Under the pieces are notes generated by a model. That model was not told the origin of the DNA, did no database searches, and saw only the letters and a program-made list of their open reading frames with translations. From NCBI RefSeq assembly GCF_009914755.1, contig NC_060926.1: a stretch of 64,000 bases of DNA; one strand, 5' to 3'. Source of the DNA: the human T2T-CHM13v2.0 reference genome, Homo sapiens. Shown piece after piece: positions 63,933 through 64,000 of this stretch (its first letter is position 1; every line of letters starts with the position of its first letter). The translations under genes were made by a program, and so were the position numbers.

Positions 63933-64000
63933 GTATTATTTCCATAACCCTTGCTTTGCAGATGAGGAAACTGAGGCACAGAGAGTTTCCTACAGCCTAC

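Overview
Primate (human-like) genomic DNA, consistent with the KCNF1 locus (2p25 from established knowledge). The only protein-coding gene I can support is the intronless KCNF1 (Kv5.1, a modifier/'silent' voltage-gated K+ channel subunit) at 30189-31673 (+). It lies inside a CpG island and has a polyA signal at 31965. The rest is intergenic and rich in transposable elements: a full-length SVA, a two-LTR MSTA provirus, THE1/MLT1/ERV1/ERVL solo LTRs, Alus, L1/L2/MIR relics and MER DNA transposons. It also holds several minisatellites and a 154-bp local duplication. Repeat subfamily names are from memory of consensus sequences and need RepeatMasker/Dfam confirmation. I found no new protein-coding system. 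The most interesting signals are regulatory and centre on KCNF1: (1) a perfect CRE palindrome at the promoter; (2) two perfect CArG (SRF) boxes 24 bp apart next to a 24-bp VNTR containing a second perfect CRE, about 3.8 kb downstream; (3) a 5' leader with an in-frame uORF whose start codons fall inside a candidate cryptic GT-AG intron. Together these suggest an activity-regulated, immediate-early-like control module. That is inference and needs testing.
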